Shown here: piece by piece, positions 52,256 to 64,000 of the stretch
Numbering within the stretch: position 1 is the first letter of the stretch
How the letters are laid out: each line of letters begins with the position of its first letter
Source: Lytechinus pictus
Lineage: Eukaryota
NCBI RefSeq assembly: GCF_037042905.1
Contig: NC_087251.1
Location: 8,930,001-8,994,000, forward strand
Direction: 5' to 3'
DNA length: 64,000 bases
Translations under genes and position numbers: made by a program
The notes under the pieces: generated by a model
The model's input: the letters and a program-made list of their open reading frames with translations, nothing else
Told to the model about the DNA's origin: nothing
Database searches by the model: none

Positions 52256-54313
52256 GGAATATGGAAATTACTATACATAATAACATAAAAAGGGACGTTC
52301 TAAGGACTGATCGTAGAAGTAAACGAAGGGGATACGTTTGTGATTAATGAAATTGCCTTAATGTGAGACATTTTAAGCAAGATATTATCCCATCAAATCA
52401 GCACGAAGCACGAAGCGCAAGCGTGATTTTAATTTTACATGATCCGAAAGTTATATTGTGGGAATTTGTTTGGAATTGGAGCCCAAATGCATAAAAAGAT
52501 TTCTCGCATGACTGAAACAAATGCTCGTATACACTCTAAAAACAAATCAGTAGAAAAAAAGACTAGTTAATAGGGTCAGCTGGTTGCAACTGTTATTCTA
52601 GTCATATTCGACTTTTTTCTAGTCGTATTTTACTAGAACCGAGTTATTTCTGACTATAAATTAATGTCAGAAATGTGACTATCAGTGATTGCCATATCAG
52701 TTGCACCTGACTGCCTAGTCAATTGAGTTGTTATAATATACACCTGCGCACAGAAGTAAGTAATACTTACTCCTGTAATTACTCCTCAAACAATTATTGT
52801 TTAAAAATCAAGTATTTGCTTACAAAGTAATGCTTACAATTATAATCCACGAAATGGCAATTTCTGAGAAATATTGAAAATACATATTGCAAATATTTGT
52901 TTTATCCTGTTATCGGATGATGTACTTGCACACTGCACTTCAACAGTACGACAATACACTAGACCTTGGCCTGTATTGTCTCCTGTGGAAGAAGAAAAAG
53001 AAGAAAATGACAAAATTGCATAAAAGAATAAAAAGTTATTAGAATTTGATATATGCGAGCAGCTTTCCTACATATCGTATGATGGAAATTCAATGAAATG
53101 TAATTTTTAAAGTCAAAAAGGGGCCTAAGCTTTCGATCCTAGCAGAATCTTCGTCGGAGGCAAAATGACAAATGTAATTTTTTCTTTTTAATGTACCTTC
53201 AGTATATAAATAGACAAATAATTACACACCCATTCCTATAAAAAGTTAACATTAAGTAATGTAAGTTAAGTCATCACGAATCAAGAAAAAATTGAAATTA
53301 ATGCATTTTGTACTCTATAACATTATGGGGCAGCTGCTCGTTTATGACGCCACAAATTCAAAACTTGAAATTGTAATAACTTTCTCAATCTTTAATTGAT
53401 CTTCCTCACACCTTCACCAATATTTTTATTATACTTTTCAGTTATTTTACAACAAATTTTCCTTCAGGTTGAATTCCCCCTTATATGAGATTCACACACA
53501 CTTCTATGAAATGAGAATAATCATTACTCTATTATCAAACCTTCAATTATAAGTATAATTTGCATATCTTGTTTACTTTTAATGTTTCTCTTGTGTTCTA
53601 ACTTTCATTTACAAACCCCCACACCTTCGACACGAGGATCCTCTAAAAATATAGACTACTCAATTGATTGTTTGGTGATTAAGACGCATAAGCCCCTTGG
53701 ATCATGAAATAGCATTCTAAACGTGAATATAATGGATACGCGTATTAGCATTTTAATGAATGTGATTGGTTCGCTCGGTTGAAGCACGTGACCTTTTGTG
53801 AAAGATGTTCTAGATCGAGGTCACGATACAACGGTAATTGACCACCCTGTTATTGTCGTAGACTCGTCTTTTGACGATTAGTATACATCTGGCTCGATTG
53901 GCTCCCTTCATTGCTAAGTTGGCCATACGGTTTTTTTTTTCTTGAGAATGATGGCGATCTCGATTCTCGAATGCCCAGAAGGGCACTGGAAGAGGAAGTA
54001 ATAATTATGTACCATGGCCCAACCCTTCGACTGCTGACGACACGACCAAAATGAACGGTACGTGCGTTTTACAGAATTTTTTTGTCTTGTCTTTACGCTG
54101 ATGTCCGAAGTAAAGTCAAAGAGTTGGTTATTTTGGCACAAGTGGCAAATGACCTGATACCCTGTTTATCAATCAACGTTTATAATGACGACAGATTTCT
54201 ATCGACCGAAGCAGAATCTTGAGCTAGCGAAATACCCTCTCTTCAAAGGGGGCGCAACCATGAAACCTGAGATAGTATTAAATTTGACATGTCCACTTAC
54301 TATTTGCATTCAA

Positions 54314-55012
54314 CCCTAAAAGGACGGGGGGGGGGGGGGGCATGATGTCCCTCCTTCTGATCTCGGCCACCGTTCGCGCGATCGCGCCGAAATTCGGCAC
54401 ACACATTCTTGACCACATAAACTACAAGTTAGTATAAAGAAAATTTTGAAAAAAAAATATTTTTTATTTATTATGAATAAAATATGCTAATTTATTCATG
54501 AAAAAACGTTATTTGCATATTTAACACCGAATTTCACTTCAAATGTTCTTCTGTTTTTGCAGATGTCATCTTTGTAATCTAATTTAAAGGTTTCCACAAA
54601 GAAAAATTGCGAAAGTCAATTTTTTCCTTATGTATTTCTTTGTTTTTAGAATTTTTTATGAATTTCTTTGTTTTTTATCTATTGTTTTTCATTGTTTTGT
54701 TTTAAATGAAAATTATTACAGACCATTTTAATTATGCAGACCAATTAGAACGAAAAACAATCACCCTTTTATGAATTTCATCTCCCATAGACTTTGTACA
54801 CAAAGTAAATGAGCCATTTTCGCCATGACATTGTCTCGTAAAAAGTCACATGACGTCGCGATGCTATACCCGCATGTCGTGAACTTGGTCTCACAAATTA
54901 CGCGAGACTTCAAACGAAAAAGTCGTAAGATTTGACGGCGCTATCTCTTTGCGTTTCGGAAATATCGCACAAAGCGTCGAGGGGGGATCATGACCCCCAA
55001 GTCCATTTAGGG
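54314..55012. mobile_element. piggyBac-like MITE
   Basis: TCAA|CCCTAAAAGGAC ... GTCCATTTAGGG|TTAA (left TTAA mutated). Confidence 0.7.
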
Positions 55013-55416
55013 TTAAGCTCATAAAGAAAATGAGAGGGGCGAGAATACCTTATTAGGACGGGGAAATGTTGTGACGTCATCCTCCAATAGATGTCTATTA
55101 CTATCATGCGAGGGAGCGTAGCCAAATGAAATATCGAATTTAAAGCTTCGCATTTAACATAATACAATATGCAATCTGGTATAAGCAATAAACATGATAA
55201 AGCGATAATGTTAGGTCCACCTACCAAAAATAAATGTAGATCTAAGAATTTTCATTCGAGGGAGATTTGCGACCGCCCAAGTAAAATCCCCAAATTTCTT
55301 TTGCGATACTTCACATTTAACATGATTAATGCTTATGATAGTTTATATACTCAGGTATAGACATATAAGGATGGGACAGGGTCGCTGATCTGGGGTGTTG
55401 TATCGTGGGTCCTTAA

Positions 55417-55839
55417 AGGACAAGTCCACCCCAACAAAAAGTTGATTTGAATAAAAAGTGAAAAATATGAAATACTCTAATTTTCTCCTCATTGTCAAGT
55501 GAAACAAGATTAATTCCGCCCTGAACATGTGGAATTAGCATTGTACAATACTATATGGCACAGTCAAGTTGGTCCTTATTGTCGACTCTGTAAAAAATGA
55601 AGTATTGTATAATTCAAACAATAAAAAACAAAAGAAATAGTCAGTGAGGAACATCATCGACTGTCTCATTTGCATGCAACTAAGTTGTGCATATCACTGT
55701 TTTGTAAAAAATAAGTTGAACTTAAAAAATTCATTACTTTCTTATTTTACATCCGATTTTGATGAAATTTTCAGCATTATGCTAGTTTGATTTTTCTCTA
55801 TTTATTCAAATCAACATTTTCCTGGGGTGGACTTGACCT
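55417..55839. mobile_element. Kolobok-like MITE
   Basis: TTAA|AGGACAAGTCCACCCCA ... TGGGGTGGACTTGACCT|TTAA; related fragments near 18680, 22900, 53400 and 62700-63040. Confidence 0.8.
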
Positions 55840-57684
55840 TTAACTAATAACTCAAATGCAGAGACAGGAGAACATAAGTACAGTTACAAAGAATTTTAAT
55901 GTGTTTCTGCCTCAATCAACTGAATGCATACATGTAGAACAGGCAAAGACAAGGATTGAAATCTGTAAGATGCTAGGACTGTGAACAAATACACTAGAGG
56001 TGGCATTGCAACGCTTTCTGTGTTAACATGGTTAACGAGTACCCCTTCTCAGATAAGTGACCATATCAGATTTGTATTTGTATTTATTTATTTTCCGAAA
56101 TTCACAATAAAAACATCAGTGTACAAATGAACATTATAAAAGCAGGATATAAAAAAAATAAATAACAAATTAGAACAGATATGTACAAAGAAACAACAAT
56201 ATCAAATAGACATGAGAAATAGTGAAATCAGAAGGACACCATATCAGATAAGTTGCTCTTTTTAAAACCGCTTTATTTCTTTCCCGATCAGCGCCCGTTT
56301 TCCTTATTTATCGTTCTGTTTCCTTTTGAAAGTGCATGTTTTAACTGAATAATCCGTTCTAAAAACTTTTTTCTTCTCATAATGAAATTCGCCTTTTGCA
56401 GTGTGACCTTCTTCACCTCTGATCAATAAATTGAATATGCCCATATTTACTTCTGACAAAATACCCCCTTTGTTTTATAGTTAGCTCGAAATCTCCAGTC
56501 TGTTAATGTAATTCGATTTTAATTAGTGCCCTTTCTTTTTTGCTGGGGCAGCAGATCAGGGTGTGGGAGCACATGCATCCCCCCATTGAAATTCGTCAAT
56601 TGTTAGGAAATACATTTTTAATCTGCACATTCAAATTTTTTTATTCTCTTGTTTATTATGGATTATATAGTTTGAAATATTTCCCTTTTCATTAACATTC
56701 TTTTTTTTCTCCCCTGAAATGGCAAGTATACAGTTCAGAGAATACACTATTGGAGAATAATCTTCAACAAACATTTTAAGTATAAACAAAGGCATTTGAC
56801 ATCTCATCTTTATGCCCTCATGGGGTAGCAAAATTAGACCATCCTAAATAGATGATTGACCCACAGAGCAAGACAATTTGACATCTTCGAGTGTGAATAT
56901 TGGCATTTTCATTCTGTAATACCTTGCAAACTTGCACCATTAAAATATGTAAAGCAATGCCACATTGGGAGCATCTTTTAAAGGTTCTTGACTCCCTTTG
57001 ATTTTAGCCCCCCCCCCAAAAAAAAAAGGTTCGTTCTGTTTGATATTGTTACCCTTCTCTCCATTTGAACACGGATAATGATATCGTAAAATGCGAAACA
57101 TGGTATTCCTCTATTCTATTTCATTGATGTATTGCGACATCAAACAACTATACTCTCCTCGGGATTCTCCAAATCATGGAGATGCCCTTGTATCGTTTCA
57201 AAAATCATTATTATATATCTCATCAACATGATCAATTGTCTGTTTGACCAAATTATATTACATTCGTAGAATATTTGATTTTCATTTTAATTTCAAACTT
57301 CAATCATAATCTTGATTTTTGAAGAACTGAAATGATTCATGACAACATTTTCATTCTGAACATCAATTATTATCAGTTTCATTGCGCTGTCTCTATTGAG
57401 TTTCTCGATTTGGAGTTGATGATATGAGTTTGGGAAATATTCCCCATGCATATGATTTTTATAATTTCTCTCCCGATACAATATTTACTTCCTTCTGTGG
57501 AATATGGCAGTGGAAAGATTTGTTGATGTCTTTTAAAAACAAGGACTAAATTTTTCCTCTGTGATATATACTTAATTGTAAGAATAGGAGAAATGAACAC
57601 AGATTCTTATTCTCGTCATTTTGTTTTAAATTTTGCTCCCCTCTAATGGCCGTTATTGAACTATGATTTTTTTTAATCTCAGGC

Positions 57685-58549
57685 ATGTCTCACAAGTTCA
57701 CCGATGTATATAAAAACAGTGGTGATTTTATGCAATATGTAAATGTAATGAAAAATAATTCAAGTTTGTATTTTACTCCATGTACATCTAAAGAAGTTAT
57801 TGATATTGTTTCAAAGTTTAAAAGTGGCAAGAGCCCTGGTTTTGATGGTGTTTGCAGTACATTGGTGAAGACTGTTATTCATATATTATGTTATCCACTA
57901 TGTGATATAATTAATTTGTCTTTGAGTACTGGCACGATTCCAGATAAACTTAAAATTGCGAAAGTCATTCCAATTTATAAAAATGGATCAAAAGATGAAT
58001 TATCAAACTATAGGCCTATATCTGTCCTCCCTTTTTTCCCAAAATTTTTAGAAAAATGTGTGTACACGCGTGCATATAATTTTCTGGAAAAGTGCAATAT
58101 TATTACTCCCAAACAATTTGGTTTTCGAGCAGGGCACTCCACATCTTCTGCCATTTCTGAATTTATTCATAAAGTATCAAATGCCTTTGATAATAAAGAA
58201 ATCAGGATTGGATTATTTTTAGACCTTAGTAAGGCATTTGATTCTCTTGATCACATAATTTTGTTGAAAAAAATGGAAAAATATGGTTTTCGAGGTGTTG
58301 TAATGGATTGGTTTAAAAGTTATTTAGATAATCGAAAGCAATACGTAGTATTAGATGAACATGAATCTCAGAAAGAGATTGTAGGATGTGGAGTGCCCCA
58401 AGGTTCAATTTTAGGGCCATTATTATTTCTTTTATATCTAAATGATATCTGTAACATTTATTTCTATTATATATTGTCTATGCTATTATGTCTTTATATA
58501 TGTTTATTTTTAATGAAAGTATTAAATAAATGAATTGAATTGAATTGAA
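57685..58549 (+). mobile_element. CR1/L2-like RT fragment with (TGAAT)n tail
   Basis: 282-aa ORF with [22 protein letters not shown] and GVPQGSILGPLLF; no YADD; AATAAA followed by TGAAT repeats. Confidence 0.9.
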
Positions 58550-60287
58550 TATAATGTATAGTTGTGTTATCATGGACCTGGCCACGGAGGATTATATATT
58601 GTTACTGGGGGTGATGTAACAATGCTCAGCACCCCCAGTAACAATATAATAATCCTCCGTGGACAGGGCCCTGTGTGTTATTTTTGTGAATGCATATACT
58701 GTACGTTAAGAAAAATCATCATGAACACTTAAGAAAGCCATGGAGAATAGAAATCTTGAATGAGATTGTAGCTCCAACCTGTAGTCTATTTTGTTCCGAT
58801 TTATTTTCCACTGAATTTTATACTAAACGGTATTAAGAAAATCTACATTAAGAGAGCTGATATATTGGAATATACCTGATTATGAAACAGTAATTCTTTT
58901 ACATTCAATTAGTTTCTTATTTGTTCATTTGATAAAACATGATTGAATATATTCTAAAACGATGTATGTGTTTGCGACAATAGGTTCGAATTTCATTTTT
59001 AGTATGCATTTTGTTCAAACAAGACTGAAAAGAATCTTTCACTGATGCCTCAGCATTTTTTTTTACTTTAGGGTCACTTTGAATATCCTTTTTGTTGATT
59101 ATGCTAATGAACGTAAGAATAAAATGATTTTCCCCTGATTGACAAAGAGTCACCAGTTACCATGGTTACCATTCACGTCACCCGCTTTAAAGGTTTTATA
59201 TTTTTGAATTACCATTTTTAAGATAAACCGTACAGTGACCTGTCTTTTGAGTATTAGTCGAAGATGGTGTGCTCCAAGTCCCACGATAGTTCTTCGCATG
59301 GCCCTGGGAAGGGGGCAAGCGGGGGTGCTTGAAGCACCTTCCACGATTTACCCGAGGGTGCTGCGTGTGATGTTCAATACAGGCAGCACCCCTGGAAATG
59401 TTGTAGATATGGTAAATATCATGTATTTAACCAAAATCACCTTATTTCCTTCAGCATGTTCAGTTTGTATTGTATTGAAAACTTTTTTTTTGCTTGTCAA
59501 TGTTTTTCTTGACCAAAATTACCTGCATTTTGTAGTGAACCCCCCACCTTTTTTTTTCGGGAGGGGGGGGGGGTGCTAGTCAAACTTTTCTGGACCAAAA
59601 TCCTCTGTGAAGCGTACAAAATGAAGAATCTCGTCCGATTTTCAGCATGTTCAGTAAGAGAGGAAGATTGCATGCATAGTACAAACTTTGAGATTTAAGA
59701 ATCATATTGCACTATTTGGAATGTATATTTGAAACGAATGTTTCAAGTACAGTAAAATAAGGTGAAAATGATAATGAGCAAACAATGAAGTGCTAATAAA
59801 TCCATTCCATGGCAATAGGGTATTGGAGCTTGTAATGACAATGTGAATATGTCATATATTACTCTGTTGGATTTAAGAGCAGCATTCCTGGAAATGGACG
59901 ATGGACTTTGTATTTCTTTCTCCTTCCCTTAATCAATACTTCTTATTTATTGTACATAACAATAGACTATAAATGTAAACACCATTTGAATTTACACTTA
60001 GAACTTCAGAATTAATTTATTATCAATTATAGTGTTCTCTAAACGACAAATGCAATTATAACCACTGGTGGTCGTGGTATATTGATCGATTAGTGTAGGT
60101 ATGTCTGGCTGGGAGATGGTGACCTGTGAATAATGAGCCTACGGCGCCTTGTCCCTTAAACTGACGGTGGGCGAACGGCATGCCCAGTCAGGCTTAGTAA
60201 TTATCTTTCTGTAGGGCTTAGAGTAGGGCCTGTAAGTTTCCTGACCACCATAGGTTTATTAAGAATCTCTGAAAGGTAATGATTACT

Positions 60288-60506
60288 CACTCTCAGAAAA
60301 AAAGTGTGGATTGGAACCATTTTGTCCCGTATGTGGAAATAGGGTCCCAAATTACTGTTTTACATGCTCAAGAACCTTAAATGGTTTTAAAAGAAACCTA
60401 AAAAGGGTCAAAAGTGGCTGTTTAAGGTGATATTTCAGGAAATCTTTATTGTTTTCAAATATGAGACGAGCATAGAATCCTCTAAGAACCTAATTTTCTA
60501 AGAGTG
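60288..60506. mobile_element. CACT-ended small MITE
   Basis: CACTCTCAGAAAA / TTTTCTAAGAGTG. Confidence 0.55.
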
Positions 60507-61639
60507 TTCCATCTATTCCAAGGCCCTTAATTGTAACACAACATAAGCATAACCTGAAGTTTGGAAACAACGAAATAAACGCAAGAAGTCATAAAATGTT
60601 AAATAACCTTTTGAATTTGTACAAGGGCCGGCGATTGACCATGTTTTTAACATGTTTGATCGATGCTTGTGAGCACACTATACAATGAAAGGATGAGAAG
60701 GGGATAAATCACCCTTTAAAAGTGTCGAAGGGGGAAAACGCTGTCACTTTTTTTTCTCTTTTCCACCCTTTCCGCCTTTTGTGTTTTTAGAGTATTATGT
60801 TCAACACGGCAATGGCTGGATATACCGTGATAACATCTGATTCGACCACATGAAAACATGTAATTATGTAAAAATCAAGTCATTTCTCTTCATTCTAACA
60901 ATCCATTCTTTAGCCTTTAGATTGAATGGATTACTGAATTCTTCGTGGAAAGAATAAATCACAGTTTCAATAACATTAATATGGATCATATATAGAAGGC
61001 ACACAATAATTTGCCCCGCATGTGTATTCTCTATAAGTTTAGCTCCCGTTTAAAACCAACTTCACAAAAGTCGTTACCTGGGTAACTTTGCCAGTCATGC
61101 CCTACAACTAATCAATGGTTCCATGCAAGTTACCATTGGAGGCCAAAGTAAATATATATTCTTTTAATGCAACAGGGCCCAGGTCGTTTGCCTTTATTAC
61201 CACGGAAACCTCTGTTTTAATTACTGCTGAGCCATATTGCCATCATAGCACAATTATCATAATTGTAAGTTCTCTATAAAATGGGCCCCATAACGTTGCA
61301 ATTTGGATCACTTTTATTTTTTTAATTCTATTATGTGGGTATTATTTTAAGGTTATGTAGACAAGAAGTGTACAGCAGCATGTTAAGTTTGATCGTAAAT
61401 TATGGGGCACGTTTCATAAAGAACACAAAGTTGACATTGGCAACTACCATGGCAACAGGACTCAGAAGCAAATCAAAATCAATTTGAAATGATCTATATG
61501 AAAAAACAAATCTATATATTTTAGTAAAGGTAGTTTTATTTGTACGTAAGCCTATCAGTGTATACATATCTATTGTAATTTACACCTGCATAATTTGGGG
61601 GAGTTTTTTGTATCTGTGTAGCAGAAAAAGACTTCCCCA

Positions 61640-62110
61640 CTCAGATTTTAGAATATTTTAAATTTATTTTGACATTAAAATTTGTAATACAAGAACATTC
61701 AGCGAATATAACTTCCCCCATTCAAGAAATCAAGAACCAATATCTCGAAACATTCCATTTTATTTCATGGCCCTAAAACGTGGAACAAGACAGCATTAAG
61801 AATAAGATATAGCCCATCATTAAATTCATTCAAAGGTTGATACAGATATTTTTCTATTGTAACCTGACAGCCTATAAAATGTTTGCATGAGTAAATGTAT
61901 GAGTGTTGCTGTGTGAGGTTCTGAGCGAGTGTGTGTTTGTGTGAGGATGGCGTGTGGGATTGTGTGTAATTGTTATTTATATGCAATTTTTTAATTACAT
62001 TACTCTTAAGTTTATATTTTAAAATTGTTTACTTCTAAGTGTATATTTGTTTCTAAGGGGATAACCCAGATAAGAACTTTTACTTTTGTTATCCCCCACT
62101 GTTCATATTA
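61640..62110 (+). mobile_element. Highly decayed CR1/L2-like 3' remnant
   Basis: NTR...FHGPKTWN-like motif followed by a GT-rich UTR like that at 26430-26720. Confidence 0.5.
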
Positions 62111-63071
62111 TATATATATATATATATATTTATATACATACATAAATGTGAGAAATTATAAATGTACAACAGTCAACAGCTGTGGCAACTCTTGCATTAA
62201 ATGTATTGTAAAAGATGTGACAATGGGAGCACCTTTTTATGGGCGCATTTCAATATTGCAACCTTCTGGTCTGAAATATGCAAACTTGCACATATTAGAG
62301 TGTACAAAGGCCAAAAAGGGTGCAGAGTTGCACCTTTTAAAGGTGCTCCGAATGTGAAATTGGCTTGCATCTTTTAAAATTGCAGAGTTGAACTTTTCAT
62401 ATTAGAGTGTAATGAAGCATTTATCATTATGTTTTCTCGCTTTTGACAATTCGTATCAAGTTTGTAGGGTGTACATTGTGTTAATAGTTACAATGTTCAC
62501 AAATTGGTTGTAAATTGAAGATATTAATATGACCTTATGAAAATTATACCTTACACCTTTTTCAGACAATAAACAAGGCGTTTTTGCCTAAATCTATGAA
62601 AATCAAATGCCACTGGATAAAACACTCTCAAATACTGAAATAATTATTTTGATAAATTAATGTCTACAATGTAATCTTGAAGAAAAAATCCCCCTTATCC
62701 GATCCAAAATGAAAGTTAGATTAAAGAAATAAAGGTTTGGCGACATTCCATGAGATATCACAGCTATGAATTTTTAATTTCGTGACGTCATATTCCACAA
62801 TTGCTCCATATAACATGTTATATGACTTTCATAGATTGTCATTTTCAAAAGTTCATGATTGATTTATTTTTCTTATTTTATATTAATGCACAAAGAAATT
62901 TACCTTATATTTCCTGAGAAATGTCATTCTATGGAATTATACACATTACATAATACTATATTCAATGGATGAGGTCGCATGTGACGTCACAAAATTAATA
63001 TTTAAGGTTAATAATTTTACGATTTCTTAAGGGATTCTCACATCAGGTATCATGCCGATTTCGTTGCTGTT

Positions 63072-63140
63072 ACTCCATACAAAAATCCAACTGTAGATTG
63101 CTTATTATAAGCAATCTACAGTTGGATTTTTGTATGGAGT
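63072..63140. repeat. Perfect 34-bp inverted repeat with 1-nt spacer
   Basis: ACTCCATACAAAAATCCAACTGTAGATTGCTTAT-T-ATAAGCAATCTACAGTTGGATTTTTGTATGGAGT. Confidence 0.95.
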
Positions 63141-64000
63141 CACATCAACGAAACCGACTTGATAGAGACTTGATACAGTGTAATTTACTTTTGGTCTGAT
63201 AGGATTCGGTTCTGTTGGTGTGACGGTGGCGTGCTAATCTGCGATTCTACTGAAACCAATAATGTAAGATATAAAATGACATGCACTGATCACTCTCTCA
63301 ATCACTCATTAATTTTGTACGAGAAGGGGTACTTACGCTGTACATTCCGTTTAATAATGGAGCACATTATTGTAGAGAGTCTAGAAAACTTCGCATTACA
63401 CAGTATAGGTGCAGTATTATGCATTTTATGGGGATATGGCAGTTGTATGGAGAAAATGTTTGTTTGATAATAAATATTATAATGTATGATTATAACTTGT
63501 GTTTTGTTTTATCGTGAAAAGTAAAATCGACCCATCAATTAATCATTCAAATCGATTTTTACAACCTTTTACTTTTCCATGTGTTTTATGCGAGAGTACT
63601 GCAGTATCCATAACAGTGTTAATAGCTTAATATTGATGAAGAGTCTTATGATTTTACACAATGCTTCTTCATACCTGTATATCCATATTATCCCTATAGT
63701 TAAATGAATATTGTCTTTATAATTGCAGCCAGATGACTACTAATATCGTCATTTTCAACTAATTTGTTTTCTAAAAGAATGGATTATCACATGGGAGCGA
63801 GGGATGCCTCATTGATCTGTACCTTCCTACTTCATACATTTTGATTACCATGGCAATTATTGTATCAATTATTTACTGTACATGCATATTGAAAATGTTT
63901 CTTATTAGTTTACATTCTCATTAATTTAGCATAATTGTTTGGTAATTGTTCTGATTTCTCCCGATTTATTTCCCGTACTTTCCCTAAGTTGCTCTCACAT

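Noticed and set aside
52930..52982. Possible small minus-strand exon (TTCTTCCACAG acceptor, GCAAGT donor-like site)
   Set aside because: No recognisable coding content; cannot be supported without transcript data.
59150..59579. GC-richer ORFs on both strands
   Set aside because: No motif or splice support; partly a repeat end.

Overview
Eukaryotic, AT-rich, repeat-dense genomic DNA from an invertebrate animal. The repeat landscape suggests a sea urchin or other echinoderm, but that is inference. Three host-gene loci lie on the minus strand. (1) The first coding exon of a vasohibin (tubulin carboxypeptidase) gene at 2044-2262; the gene runs off the left edge. (2) A complete 11-exon CYP4-family (CYP4V-like) cytochrome P450 at 12975-25222, which I assembled by hand with consistent GT-AG phases (1536 nt, 511 aa). 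(3) A tandem paralogue at 35264-49207 in which I find only exons 1, 4, 9, 10 and 11, with a 4-nt frameshift and a 12-nt deletion, so probably a pseudogene. The rest is decayed LINEs (CR1/L2-like and L1/Tx1-like), a mariner relic, many non-autonomous TIR elements, microsatellites and hairpins. The most unusual items are a tRNA-like cloverleaf with a UCA anticodon and a Pol III terminator inside a CYP intron, a hammerhead-like Penelope remnant, and a 69-bp near-perfect palindrome. I found no convincing evidence of a wholly new biological system. Family assignments rest on motif recognition, not on database searches.
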